From NCBI RefSeq assembly GCF_046524175.1, contig NZ_JBEFZF010000002.1, positions 107,304 through 171,303 on the forward strand: 64,000 bases of DNA. Reading direction: 5' to 3'. Below, in pieces: positions 1 through 9,487 of this stretch. Every line of letters starts with the position of its first letter. Position 1 is the first letter of the stretch. This DNA is from Spongiivirga sp. MCCC 1A20706. GTDB taxonomy: Bacteria; Bacteroidota; Bacteroidia; Flavobacteriales; Flavobacteriaceae. The notes beneath the pieces were generated by a model, which was given only the letters and a program-made list of their open reading frames with translations, made no database searches and was not told the origin of the DNA. The position numbers were made by a program, and so were the translations under genes.

Positions 1-624
1 GTAAGTTTCTACGCCGCGAAATGGATTATATACTGAATCAAAAATCAATGCTTGAAGTGGCTCTTCAGGCTTACCTTCAGGCGCAGGTACACGGTCGATA
101 ATCGCTTTTAAGATATCTTCAATACCAATACCGGTTTTAGCACTAGCAGGAATTACTTCTTCTGCATCGCATCCAAGAAGATCAACAATATCATCCGTTA
201 CTTCTTCTGGATTAGCACTTGGTAAATCGACCTTATTTAAAACCGGAATAATCTCCAGATCGTTTTCAAGCGCTAAGTACAAATTAGAGATGGTCTGTGC
301 CTGAATACTCTGTGCGGCATCAACAACCAGCAACGCACCTTCACAAGCTGCGATTGATCGGGATACTTCATAAGAAAAATCTACATGACCCGGGGTGTCA
401 ATTAAATTCAGAATATATTGCTCTCCTTCATATTCATATTCCATTTGGATCGCATGCGATTTTATGGTAATACCACGTTCACGTTCCAAGTCCATACTGT
501 CCAAAAGCTGCTCTTGTTTTTCACGCTCCGTTACAGCGCCCGTAAAATCCAGCAGCCTATCTGCCAAAGTACTTTTACCGTGGTCAATATGGGCGATAAT
601 GCAAAAATTCCTGATGTTCTTCAT
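1..624 (-). CDS. lepA: Translation elongation factor 4 (LepA), N-terminal part; gene continues past window start
   Basis: Minus-strand translation from ATG at 624..622 reads [25 protein letters not shown]...[15 protein letters not shown]...NKVDLP, the G1-G4 GTPase motifs and characteristic LepA N-terminus. The six-frame track lacks it because no stop is in the window. Confidence 0.9.
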   Translation of the reverse strand, partial: MKNIRNFCIIAHIDHGKSTLADRLLDFTGAVTEREKQEQLLDSMDLERERGITIKSHAIQMEYEYEGEQYILNLIDTPGHVDFSYEVSRSIAACEGALLVVDAAQSIQAQTISNLYLALENDLEIIPVLNKVDLPSANPEEVTDDIVDLLGCDAEEVIPASAKTGIGIEDILKAIIDRVPAPEGKPEEPLQALIFDSVYNPFRGVETY

Positions 625-680
625 AGCACATTTTGTGGTTTGCAAATATAGTGCTTTATTCAAAGTGTTTGTAATGGAAC

Positions 681-708
681 CAAGAATCTAGAGCCAAGAA
701 TCTAGACT
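681..708. repeat. Perfect tandem duplication of a 14-bp unit (ccaagaatctagag / ccaagaatctagac), 60-85 nt upstream of the lepA start
   Basis: Read directly from the sequence. Contains the palindrome tctaga. Its reverse complement carries tcttggctct, which also occurs twice just upstream of the VOC gene at 9030-9052. Confidence 0.6.
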
Positions 709-907
709 GATTAAAGTTTATTTAGAAGTAAGGTTTTGAATGGTCAAATTGCAAATAGGCACCACTTAGGCTTGCTATTTTTTCCTAGTGTTACTGCTAG
801 CAAGAATTTTCATAGTCAAACCTACAAGGAGCCCTTGTATTCGTACTTCATTTCAGGCAACACCTTGCAGGTTAACTGCGCACTGCTACTGCAAACTGAA
901 GACTAAA

Positions 908-2014
908 TCAATCAACCCACTCCGCCATAAATAGGTTGGTGTCGCGACCACCTCCGTTATTTCTGTTGGAAGAGAACAATAGTTTTTTGCCATCATTCGA
1001 AAATACAGGAAACGCATCAAAAGTCTCGCCATGAGTAACACGTTCGAGGTTCTTTCCATCAATATCAATTAAATAAAGATTGAAAGGAAATCCACGCTCA
1101 GCTTCATAGTTAGAAGAGAATAAGACTTTCTTTCCACTAGGGTGAAAAAACGGACTCCAATTGGCGTTACCTAAGAACGTAAGTTGCTTTAGGTCGCTTC
1201 CATCGGCATTGCAAATAAACAGCTCCATGTCAGTGGGTTCGACTAGGCCTTGGGCTAATAGGTCTTTATATGCTTTGATTTCTTCATCGGTCTTAGGCCG
1301 GCTCGATCTAAAAATAAGTTTAGTGCCATCAGGGCTAAAAAAGGCACCACCATCATACCCTAATTCATCCGTTATTTGTTTTACATTACCGCCATCAATA
1401 TCCATTGTGTACAACTCTAAATCGCCACTACGGGTTGAGGTGAATACTATTTTATCTCCTTTTGGTGAAACCGTTGCCTCCGCGTCATATCCCTTTTCGG
1501 TAGTCAATTGCTTCACAATATTTCCTTCAAGATCGGCAACAAAAATGTCAAAATCGTCATAGACAGGCCAGACGTATTTCCCATTTTTTCGTAGCGGAAC
1601 TTCAGGGCATTCCTTGTCGCCTAAATGGGTAGAAGCATATACAAAATGCTTATTATCTGGAAGGAAATATGCGCATGTAGTGCGTCCCATTCCGGTACTA
1701 ATCATAGGGGGCTGCTTGTCTTTAAACGTTTCGTCAATATTCATTAAGAACATCTGATCACAGTTAACACCCCACTCTTTAAAGTTTGATTGAAATACAA
1801 TTTGTTTATCATCGAAACTCCAGTATGCCTCTGCATTATCGCCACCAAATGTAATCTGTCTGATAGACTTAAAATGTTTTTCTTCTGGATATATCAGGGA
1901 ATCTTTGGTGGCTTGAACTTGGGTTTCTGAGGTTTGAGACCTCTTTTCTTTTTCCGATTTACAACCAATAGAAAGTGAAGCGATAAATGCAATGAAGAGG
2001 ATTCTTACCCGCAT
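908..2014 (-). CDS. PD40/WD40-like beta-propeller repeat lipoprotein (TolB-like periplasmic protein)
   Basis: Long minus ORF with repeated PD40-like motifs (VSPKGDKIVFTS, FSPDGTKLIFRS, FHPSGKKVLFSS, FSNDGKKLLFSS). Likely true start MRVRILFIAFIASLSIGC, a lipoprotein signal peptide, at 2014. Confidence 0.8.
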   Translation of the reverse strand: MRVRILFIAFIASLSIGCKSEKEKRSQTSETQVQATKDSLIYPEEKHFKSIRQITFGGDNAEAYWSFDDKQIVFQSNFKEWGVNCDQMFLMNIDETFKDKQPPMISTGMGRTTCAYFLPDNKHFVYASTHLGDKECPEVPLRKNGKYVWPVYDDFDIFVADLEGNIVKQLTTEKGYDAEATVSPKGDKIVFTSTRSGDLELYTMDIDGGNVKQITDELGYDGGAFFSPDGTKLIFRSSRPKTDEEIKAYKDLLAQGLVEPTDMELFICNADGSDLKQLTFLGNANWSPFFHPSGKKVLFSSNYEAERGFPFNLYLIDIDGKNLERVTHGETFDAFPVFSNDGKKLLFSSNRNNGGGRDTNLFMAEWVD

Positions 2015-2046
2015 GAGAATTATTATTTTTATACAAAAATAAGGTA

Positions 2047-3279
2047 ATGAGGGCATTCATAGTAACATTTGGTTTTTTGGCGGTTTTAAGCAGTTGTAAA
2101 AAAGAGGTTGTTGTTCCGGAAAATACCATGAAGGCTGATGTAATATTGCTTGCAAGCGACTCTCTTGGAGGGCGACAAACAGGATCGAAATTTGAACTAA
2201 AAGCAGCATCTTTTATTGCAAAACGATTTGAAGATTTAGGCCTAACACCCAAGGGTAATGCAAACACCTATTTACAAACCTTTAGCTTTAAGCCTAAAAC
2301 TGACCCACATCAGGAAATTACCTATACCGAATCTGGTGGTGATAGTATTACTACAGGAACGAACGTTATCGGATTTTTAGATAACAAAGCAGATAAAACG
2401 ATAGTGATAGGAGCACATTACGATCACTTAGGTCTTGGCGGAGAAGGCTCTTTGCATCGAGAGGGGTCGGCCATTCATAATGGGGCTGATGATAATGCCA
2501 GTGGTACTGCGATTATGATGCATCTTGCAAAACGTCTTCAAGGAAAACACACCCAAAACAACTATTTGTTTATGGCATTCTCGGGAGAAGAAATGGGATT
2601 GCTAGGAAGTAATTTCTTTGTAAAAAACAGCACAATTCCTATAGAAAGCATCAACTATATGATCAATATGGATATGGTTGGTCGGTTAAAAAATGAAAAT
2701 ACCCTCGCGGTTTACGGAGTGGGTACCTCACCAGTATTTAACCAAACAGTGAATGCTACCAACACCAATTTTAAGTTAATTATAGAAGAGTCAGGAGTAG
2801 GACCTTCTGACCACACCTCTTTTTACTTAAGTGACATCCCGGTGCTGCATTTTTTCACAGGGCAGCATGAAGATTATCATAAGCCAGGAGACGATGCTGA
2901 AAAATTGAATTATGAAGGCATGAAAATGATTGCTGATTATATTGAAGCGATTATTAAAGATTTAGATGATAATGGCAAACTAGCTTTTAGAAAAACCAAA
3001 AATGAAAGTCAAGATGTGCCTCGTTTTAAAGTTGCTTTAGGTGTGGTACCGGATTATCTATTTGATGGAAAAGGTATGCGTATCGATGGAGTGAGCGAAG
3101 ATAAACCGGCTCAGAAAGCAGGCCTTCAAAAGGGGGATGTCGTCATACAATTAGGTGATAGTACAGTGGTCGATATGATGAGTTATATGCGAGCACTATC
3201 AATTTTTGAAGAAGGAGATGCTACTAAAGTTGTAGTTAACAGAAATGGCGAACAGATAGAGGCTGAGATTAAATTTTAA
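2047..3279 (+). CDS. M28 family zinc aminopeptidase lipoprotein with C-terminal PDZ domain
   Basis: Signal/lipobox LAVLSSC. HYDHLGLGG...DNASGTA...SGEEMGLLGS...HKPGDD are M28 metal-binding motifs. C-terminal GMRIDGVSEDKPAQKAGLQKGDVVIQLGD is PDZ-like. Confidence 0.85.
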   Translation: MRAFIVTFGFLAVLSSCKKEVVVPENTMKADVILLASDSLGGRQTGSKFELKAASFIAKRFEDLGLTPKGNANTYLQTFSFKPKTDPHQEITYTESGGDSITTGTNVIGFLDNKADKTIVIGAHYDHLGLGGEGSLHREGSAIHNGADDNASGTAIMMHLAKRLQGKHTQNNYLFMAFSGEEMGLLGSNFFVKNSTIPIESINYMINMDMVGRLKNENTLAVYGVGTSPVFNQTVNATNTNFKLIIEESGVGPSDHTSFYLSDIPVLHFFTGQHEDYHKPGDDAEKLNYEGMKMIADYIEAIIKDLDDNGKLAFRKTKNESQDVPRFKVALGVVPDYLFDGKGMRIDGVSEDKPAQKAGLQKGDVVIQLGDSTVVDMMSYMRALSIFEEGDATKVVVNRNGEQIEAEIKF

Positions 3280-3360
3280 GTGGCAAAATGTCATTCTTGC
3301 GACCGCTTGTCGCATTAGCATTAGCGGTTTCACAAAGTAGGAATCTGATCTCTTTAATAA

Positions 3361-3573
3361 TCAAAACCCACCGACTAGAGCTCCGCAAACGCCCAAGCTA
3401 ATGAGTTGATATACTGCTGCGATAATGAAGAGCACTTTTGCCGCTTTCTTATTTCTTTTTCTAACAATCAATCCGATAATTACTAAAAGTAATGCCGGAC
3501 CGAACATGATAAGGAATATCAGTATGATGATTCCGCTATAGTCTGCATTAAAAGCTTCTAAAGGTAGCGTCAT
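3361..3573 (-). CDS. Small membrane protein (about 70 aa), tandem paralogue A
   Basis: Shares the core GPALLLVIIGLIVRKRNKKAAKVLFIIAAVYQLI with the adjacent ORF. Two predicted TM helices. Confidence 0.55.
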   Translation of the reverse strand: MTLPLEAFNADYSGIIILIFLIMFGPALLLVIIGLIVRKRNKKAAKVLFIIAAVYQLISLGVCGALVGGF

Positions 3574-3583
3574 AATTATAAAT

Positions 3584-3790
3584 TTAAGAAAGCATGGTAC
3601 CGCAAAAACCTGCTCCGATTACAAAATAAACAGCAGCAATTATGAATAAGACCTTTGCCGCTTTTTTATTGTTCTTTCTTATTATCAACCCGATAATAGT
3701 AAGCAACAATGCGGGCCCTACTACAAACATTAACGACATAATAACCACAGGCCAAAAAAGGTTTCCAGGTTCAAAAAATAGTAAGATCAT
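3584..3790 (-). CDS. Small membrane protein, tandem paralogue B (start may be internal, at MSLMFVV)
   Basis: Core GPALLLTIIGLIIRKNNKKAAKVLFIIAAVYFVI is nearly identical to paralogue A. 4-nt overlap with the downstream radical-SAM ORF start region. Confidence 0.55.
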   Translation of the reverse strand: MILLFFEPGNLFWPVVIMSLMFVVGPALLLTIIGLIIRKNNKKAAKVLFIIAAVYFVIGAGFCGTMLS

Positions 3791-5181
3791 ACACTTTCAG
3801 CTTTTAGTTCTTCCAGTATTTCTTTTTTATCATCTCTATACAACAAATTCATGGTTTCGAAAGGAATAATTTTATTATCCTTATCTACAATATGAACACA
3901 GGATTTTTTAATGGAACGAACATCAAAATTATACGCATCTATAAACTGCATAATGATAATTCTAAACAAGTTATCATATCCTAATTCGGGAGCATCAATT
4001 TGAGGCAAACAACACATGATCGATTTTAAATTTTCTTCGGCATGTTCGACGTTATTTCCTGTACTAAATAACTCAATCATTTTGCCGTGTAAGGCTTCAT
4101 CTTGTTCATAAACAATGGTGTTTTTACTATTGTCTAATAGATCAGACGGATTTATATATCTGGTAAGCGGGAACACCTCATCTTCTAATTTCAACGCATA
4201 ACCCATTACCAATGCATCAGGGTTGCAGGGAACAGGCACTAAATCATCGCCATTAAAAATAGGACTTTGTTCCAATATTTTTCTGCGAACCTCTGTGAGT
4301 GTAATCCGATCAGTTTCCGGATTAAAATCATCCAGTCTTCCTGCTATTTGTGTGGGTTGTAGCGTAACCCCACGAACGCATTTTTGTTTTAAGGCGTATT
4401 GAATTATTTTACCAATCTCATTATCATTTAATCCTTTTTGAACGGTTACAACAAGCGTGGTTGAAAGGTTCAGTTCGTTAAGGTTGTTAACCGCTTCCTT
4501 TCTAACATCAGCCAAGTCTGCTCCCCGCATTTTTTGAAGCACATTATTATCAAATGAATCAAACTGCAAGTAGATTTCAAAATCTGGCGCATAGGTTGAC
4601 AATCGCTTAGCAAATGCTTTGTCCTTGGCAATTTTTATTCCATTAGTATTGACCATTAAATGCCTGATGGGAAGGGTCTTTGCATAATCAAGAATTTCGA
4701 AAAACGCTGGGTGAATGGTCGGCTCACCACCACTTATTTGAACCACATCAGGCTCTTTTTCGTTTTTGACAATAGTGTCTAACATCGCCTTCACTTCATC
4801 CAATGTTCTATGCCTGCCATAATGAGGCGATGAACCTGCATAACAGGTAGGGCAAGTAAGGTTACAGCGATCCGTTACCTCAACTACAGTAAGGCATGAA
4901 TGCTGTTCGTGATCCGGACACAACCCACAATCGTAAGGACACCCATAATGGGTTTTAGTGTTAAAAGTATAAGGAGTTTCTGAAGGCTTATTATAGTTTC
5001 TGATGTTTTTGTAGTACGCTACATCATCAGCAATTAACACCTTACTGTTCCCATGATCAGGACAGCGCTTTAACATAAAAACCTTGTCATCTTCAAACAC
5101 GATTTTTGCATCAACGCGCTTTAAACATTCAGGACATAGACTTAAGGTAAAGTCATAATAGGTGTATTTTCTTGTAGGCAT
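3787..5181 (-). CDS. Radical SAM enzyme with an N-terminal Cys-rich (zinc-ribbon-like) extension; function unknown
   Basis: Canonical CNLTCPTCY (CxxxCxxC) radical-SAM cluster motif followed by ISGGEPT (SAM-binding Gly-rich). The N-terminus carries CPEC...CPDHG...GCPYDCGLCPDHEQHSC, additional Cys/His clusters. Confidence 0.8.
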   Translation of the reverse strand: MPTRKYTYYDFTLSLCPECLKRVDAKIVFEDDKVFMLKRCPDHGNSKVLIADDVAYYKNIRNYNKPSETPYTFNTKTHYGCPYDCGLCPDHEQHSCLTVVEVTDRCNLTCPTCYAGSSPHYGRHRTLDEVKAMLDTIVKNEKEPDVVQISGGEPTIHPAFFEILDYAKTLPIRHLMVNTNGIKIAKDKAFAKRLSTYAPDFEIYLQFDSFDNNVLQKMRGADLADVRKEAVNNLNELNLSTTLVVTVQKGLNDNEIGKIIQYALKQKCVRGVTLQPTQIAGRLDDFNPETDRITLTEVRRKILEQSPIFNGDDLVPVPCNPDALVMGYALKLEDEVFPLTRYINPSDLLDNSKNTIVYEQDEALHGKMIELFSTGNNVEHAEENLKSIMCCLPQIDAPELGYDNLFRIIIMQFIDAYNFDVRSIKKSCVHIVDKDNKIIPFETMNLLYRDDKKEILEELKAESV

Positions 5182-5254
5182 TTAACCCGGATTATGTATT
5201 AAAAAATCTATTACTGCTTGAAACTGCTTCAAAACCTGTTGCTCTGCTAAGTTT

Positions 5255-5291
5255 CTAAGTTTAAGCGTAGCATCGCTACGGTTAAACTTAG
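5255..5291. promoter_or_regulatory. 37-bp near-perfect palindrome (ctaagtttaagcgtagc-atc-gctacggttaaacttag) upstream of the radical-SAM gene and downstream of lgt
   Basis: 17-bp arms with one mismatch. Preceded by a direct repeat of ctaagttt. Candidate operator or terminator. Confidence 0.35.
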
Positions 5292-5310
5292 AAAACATCA
5301 GCTTTTATTG

Positions 5311-5360
5311 CATTTTCAACCCTCATTACGAAGTTCTAATACATAATACGGGTTGAAAAG
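5311..5360. repeat. Repeat element copy 1 (cattttcaaccNtcNttacgaagttctaatacataat) forming a 10-bp-stem hairpin; overlaps the lgt stop
   Basis: ttttcaaccc...gggttgaaaa inverted repeat. A 37-nt near-identical copy lies at 32630-32666. Confidence 0.6.
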
Positions 5361-6085
5361 AATTGTCGAATGGTTTTATGATAGTAAGTTAAGCAAATTA
5401 TACAGAGCCACTGAATGCTGCTTAGTCCAAAAGTGAAAAAAACATTGGGTTTTATGAACTCAATCAGAAAACGAAAGCTGAAATAGCTGATCATAAAATA
5501 TTGAAATAGCAATCCACTTTCCCTTGATTGGTGTTTCAACATTCCTTTAAAAATGAAGAATAAAGGAACAAGAAAAATAAGTTCATACAATGCTAAAGGA
5601 TGTCTTAGCAGTCCGTCACCCAAATCCATACCAGTAAAAAAGGCTGTTTCTTTCCCGTAGGTGAATTCATTAATACCGTATAAAAAACAACCGACTCTAC
5701 CCACAAAGATTCCTATGATTATTGGAAGAACAAAAAGATCACCTGAAGACCGTGTTTCGCCAATCATTTTTTTGGTAAGTTCTACTCCGATTAATCCACC
5801 AAAAAGCCCCCCCATAATAGTTTTGGTGTTAAGAAGTTGAATCACTGCTTCTATGGAATTTGGAAGTATTGGGTTTTCAAAAAAACCTATTAATCGAGAA
5901 CCTATAAGTGCCCCGATTGCCGCGCCTAAAATGATAGAAAGACGGTTATTAGATGAAATATGGTCGGCAGATTTTCTTCTTAAAACCACATAATATCGAA
6001 AAGCAATAAAAAAAGCGGTATACTCTAAAATAAGATGAATATTGACTTTGGTGCCAAATAATATGGGTTCGAAAGGAATTTCCAA
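5336..6085 (-). CDS. lgt: Prolipoprotein diacylglyceryl transferase
   Basis: Multi-TM protein with the Lgt signature region GRVGCFLYGINEFTYGKET (compare GRLGNFINGE) and the upstream GGLFGGLIG block. Confidence 0.7.
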   Translation of the reverse strand: MEIPFEPILFGTKVNIHLILEYTAFFIAFRYYVVLRRKSADHISSNNRLSIILGAAIGALIGSRLIGFFENPILPNSIEAVIQLLNTKTIMGGLFGGLIGVELTKKMIGETRSSGDLFVLPIIIGIFVGRVGCFLYGINEFTYGKETAFFTGMDLGDGLLRHPLALYELIFLVPLFFIFKGMLKHQSRESGLLFQYFMISYFSFRFLIEFIKPNVFFTFGLSSIQWLCIICLTYYHKTIRQFFSTRIMY

Positions 6086-6169
6086 ATGTGAGATATACTT
6101 TGGTTAAAGGTATCATTTTTGTGTATATCTGTTTGATATATGTAATTTTGCAAGATCAAATGAATTGCT

Positions 6170-7162
6170 TTGGTGAAAATTGCTGACATAGAACTTCCTG
6201 ATTTTCCATTATTACTTGCACCTATGGAGGATGTAAGCGATCCGCCTTTTCGTGCTTTGTGTAAAGAAAACGGCGCTGATGTGGTATATACAGAATTTAT
6301 ATCAAGTGAAGGCTTAATTCGTGATGCTGCAAAAAGCACCATGAAACTAGATATTTATGAAAAAGAACGTCCGGTAGGTATTCAGATTTTTGGTGCCAAT
6401 TTGGACAGCATGTTAGAAGCGACGGAGATCGTTGAAAAATCGAATCCTGATATTATTGATATCAACTTTGGCTGTCCAGTTAAGAAGGTGGTAAGTAAAG
6501 GAGCCGGTGCAGGTATTTTAAAAGATATCTGTCTGATGGAAAAATTAACAGGAGAGATTGTAAAGCGAACCAAACTACCGGTTACTGTAAAAACCCGTTT
6601 GGGTTGGGATCATGATTCGATTAAAATTGTTGAGGTGGCTGAACGCCTTCAGGATGTTGGTATAAAAGCGATCTCAATTCACGGTCGTACTCGAGCACAG
6701 ATGTATAAAGGCCATGCTGATTGGAAGCCGATAGCAGCAGTAAAAAACAATCCAAGAATGCATATTCCGGTATTCGGCAATGGCGATGTTAATACACCGG
6801 AAAAAGCAATGGAAATGCGAGATTCATATGGACTTGATGGGGCTATGATTGGGCGAGCATGCATCGGCTACCCTTGGTTTTTTAATGAAGTAAAGCATTT
6901 CTTTGAAACAGGAGAGCATCTTCCCGGCCCGACTATTGAAGAGCGAGTTGAGGTAGCCCGTCGCCACTTAGAAATGTCAATTGCTTGGAAGGGAGAAAAG
7001 CTCGGCGTTTTTGAAACACGACGTCATTACACAAATTACTTTAAGGGGATAAGAGATTTTAAACCCTACCGAATGAAAATGGTGACTAGCGACCATTCTG
7101 TAGATGTTTTTGCTGCTTTTGATGAGGTGTTGGAAAAGTTCGCCGGGTACGAGTTTGTTTAG
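6170..7162 (+). CDS. dus: tRNA-dihydrouridine synthase (DusB-like)
   Basis: LAPMEDVSDPPFR...IQIFG...DINFGCPVKKV...VKTRLGWD...HGRTR are Dus family FMN/TIM-barrel motifs. Confidence 0.9.
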   Translation: MVKIADIELPDFPLLLAPMEDVSDPPFRALCKENGADVVYTEFISSEGLIRDAAKSTMKLDIYEKERPVGIQIFGANLDSMLEATEIVEKSNPDIIDINFGCPVKKVVSKGAGAGILKDICLMEKLTGEIVKRTKLPVTVKTRLGWDHDSIKIVEVAERLQDVGIKAISIHGRTRAQMYKGHADWKPIAAVKNNPRMHIPVFGNGDVNTPEKAMEMRDSYGLDGAMIGRACIGYPWFFNEVKHFFETGEHLPGPTIEERVEVARRHLEMSIAWKGEKLGVFETRRHYTNYFKGIRDFKPYRMKMVTSDHSVDVFAAFDEVLEKFAGYEFV

Positions 7163-8370
7163 ATTTCAATCAGCCTTTTTCCTACAGCATTCGAGGCAAT
7201 TTTTGAAGCAATAATTCCTAAAATAGTAATTGTCAGGAAAACGATAAGGTAGTTCTCTAATTTCAGTTCCATAGGGTATGGTAGGTTCGTTCCGGGCACC
7301 GCAATAAGACCAAAAACCATTTGGAGCCCCGTTATAATAGACCCAAGAACAATTCCGAGTAATCCACCAAATACAGAAAGCAATGTGCCTTGTACAAAGA
7401 AAATACGACGTATTTGCTTTACTGTTGCCCCCATGCTAAACAGGGTTTTTAGATTGGCTTTTTTATCAAGTATGGTCATGATAGTACTCCCAACAACATT
7501 GAACAATGCAATGATCAAGATCAAGGTAAAAATGAGATAAATAGCAATATTTTCAGTGTTGAGCATTTTATAAAGCGAATCGTTAAGTTCCGCTCTGTTT
7601 TTTACTAAAACATCGGTTCCGAGGACGCGAGAAATTTTAGTTCTGATGATTTCCTCGTCGGTATTCGCCGAAAGTTTAAACTCAACTCCGCTAATCTGAT
7701 TGGCTTTTAGTTTTAGCAGGTTTTGGGCGAGTTGCAAATCAGAAAAAACATATTTACTGTTGTTCTCTAAATCGATATTAAACATCCCTACGGTTACCAC
7801 TAATTTGTTGTAATACGGTTTTGCTTCCTGCAAACTAGAAATAGACGCTTTTCCGGGTTTAGGAACAATAATTTCAAGCAGATCACTGTAGTCATTAATG
7901 ACTATTCCCAGTTGAGAAGCGATCGTTTGACCCACAACGACTTCGTCTTGTCCAGGTTGCAACCAACTACCTAAGCGAATAATGCTATCAATACCAGTTA
8001 CTTTATTAAAGTTAGTATCAACCCCTTTAATAAATGGTGTATAATTTTTGTTGTTGTAGTTTAAGAAAACACGCTCTTCCAGTACTTTGCTAAAGTGTGC
8101 AACACCATCTATTGACGAAAGACTTTGTTCTTGGTCCGGAGTAATGGTAAAAACCTTTCCAGTCGCTGGAACAGCTTTTAAATCTGGATCAAAAGCATTA
8201 CTAAACGAAAGGCTAAATGTTTTAAGACCTGCAAAACCAGCAAGTACAATAAACAATGCGAGTGCTGCTACAACGACCACAGCAGCAGTAATAAAGTTGA
8301 TAATATTAATAGCGTTTTGACTGCTCTTGGTGAAGAGGTATCGCTTCGCTATATAGAGGGAGAAATTCAA
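7159..8370 (-). CDS. FtsX-like ABC transporter permease, LolC/LolE family (lipoprotein release)
   Basis: N-terminal MNFSLYIAKRYLFTKSSQNAINIINFITAAVVVV is the LolC/E N-terminus. About 400 aa with 4 TM helices and a periplasmic domain. Confidence 0.8.
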   Translation of the reverse strand: MNFSLYIAKRYLFTKSSQNAINIINFITAAVVVVAALALFIVLAGFAGLKTFSLSFSNAFDPDLKAVPATGKVFTITPDQEQSLSSIDGVAHFSKVLEERVFLNYNNKNYTPFIKGVDTNFNKVTGIDSIIRLGSWLQPGQDEVVVGQTIASQLGIVINDYSDLLEIIVPKPGKASISSLQEAKPYYNKLVVTVGMFNIDLENNSKYVFSDLQLAQNLLKLKANQISGVEFKLSANTDEEIIRTKISRVLGTDVLVKNRAELNDSLYKMLNTENIAIYLIFTLILIIALFNVVGSTIMTILDKKANLKTLFSMGATVKQIRRIFFVQGTLLSVFGGLLGIVLGSIITGLQMVFGLIAVPGTNLPYPMELKLENYLIVFLTITILGIIASKIASNAVGKRLIEI

Positions 8371-8372
8371 GG

Positions 8373-8765
8373 TTACAATTTCTTTCTTTTATCCAGAAGA
8401 TCACGATTTTTCACAGGGTCATCAACACCTTTTAGAGACTTTTCTATATTTTCAATATACGCTAACGAATCGTCTATGTAAAAAATAAGATCGGGCACTT
8501 TCCGAAGCTGATTTTTTACTCGTTGCGCAAGATCGTGTTTGATTAATGGTGTATTTGAAGAAATACCGTCGAGCAGTTCCTGTGCTTTGTCATTAGGAAA
8601 AATACTCAAATATACTTTAGCAATAGATAGATCGACAGTAACCGAGACCTTACTTACTGATATGATCACATTTTTGAGCCCACCTTCACGCACTGCTCCT
8701 TGAAGAATATCGACAAGGTCTTTTTGAATAACGCTGGCGATCTTTTTCTGTCTATTACTTTCCAT
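8373..8765 (-). CDS. rbfA: Ribosome-binding factor A
   Basis: Size 130 aa with the KH-like RbfA core (KKIASVIQKDLVDIL...VSVTVDLSIAKVYLSIF). Confidence 0.8.
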   Translation of the reverse strand: MESNRQKKIASVIQKDLVDILQGAVREGGLKNVIISVSKVSVTVDLSIAKVYLSIFPNDKAQELLDGISSNTPLIKHDLAQRVKNQLRKVPDLIFYIDDSLAYIENIEKSLKGVDDPVKNRDLLDKRKKL

Positions 8766-9057
8766 ACCGCAAAGGTACGTTATACCAACTAAAACATAAA
8801 AATAGACTTTACTACTCGATCATTTCCCCTTTTTCTTTATTGAAAAAGAATTCCGTAGCTATTGCTACGCAACACTTTTACGGCTTCGAAAAAGAAAAAA
8901 GCATCTTCGTATTTTTAGTCTATTCTTATATTCCATTTGGTATTTTTTAGGCGGATAGTTTTATATTTACCCTTGTTAGAAACAAGATTAAAGAAGCAAG
9001 AAAAAAGACGTAATCTGGTCTTGGCTCTTGGCTCTTGACTCTTTCATCTTTTTGATC

Positions 9058-9468
9058 ATGAATAAGATAGAACACATAGGTATTGCAGTTAAAAGTATCA
9101 AGAACTCCAACGCCCTATTTGCTAAGCTTTTTGGTGAGCCACATTATAAAATAGAAGAAGTGCTGACCGAGGGAGTGAATACTTCTTTTTTTATGATTGG
9201 CCCGAATAAAATAGAACTGTTAGAAGCAACGAAACAGGATAGTCCGATAGCTAAATTCATAGAAAAAAAGGGTGAGGGCATTCATCACATTGCTTTTGCC
9301 GTCGATGATATAGTAGCTGAAATAGCACGATTGAAAGATGAGGGCTTTACCGTACTAAATGAGACTCCAAAAAAGGGAGCTGACAATAAGCTGGTGGCCT
9401 TTTTGCACCCAAAAACGACGAATGGGGTTTTGGTAGAGCTGTGTCAGGATGATCCGGATAATAATTAA
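9058..9468 (+). CDS. VOC/glyoxalase-family protein, methylmalonyl-CoA epimerase-like
   Basis: IEHIGIAV...GIHHIAFAVDDI...VLVELCQ. Start taken at MNKIEHIG (9058) because tcttggctct repeats occupy the upstream extension. Confidence 0.75.
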   Translation: MNKIEHIGIAVKSIKNSNALFAKLFGEPHYKIEEVLTEGVNTSFFMIGPNKIELLEATKQDSPIAKFIEKKGEGIHHIAFAVDDIVAEIARLKDEGFTVLNETPKKGADNKLVAFLHPKTTNGVLVELCQDDPDNN

Positions 9469-9487
9469 CATTTATGGAGCTTTAAGG

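Noticed and set aside
395-691. Plus-strand ORFs 395..691 and 418..651 from the track
   Set aside because: They lie antisense inside the lepA coding region, which has strong conserved GTPase motifs on the minus strand. Composition is non-coding-like.
1161-1562. Plus-strand 133-aa ORF
   Set aside because: Antisense to the PD40 beta-propeller gene. Low-complexity Ser/Pro-rich translation.
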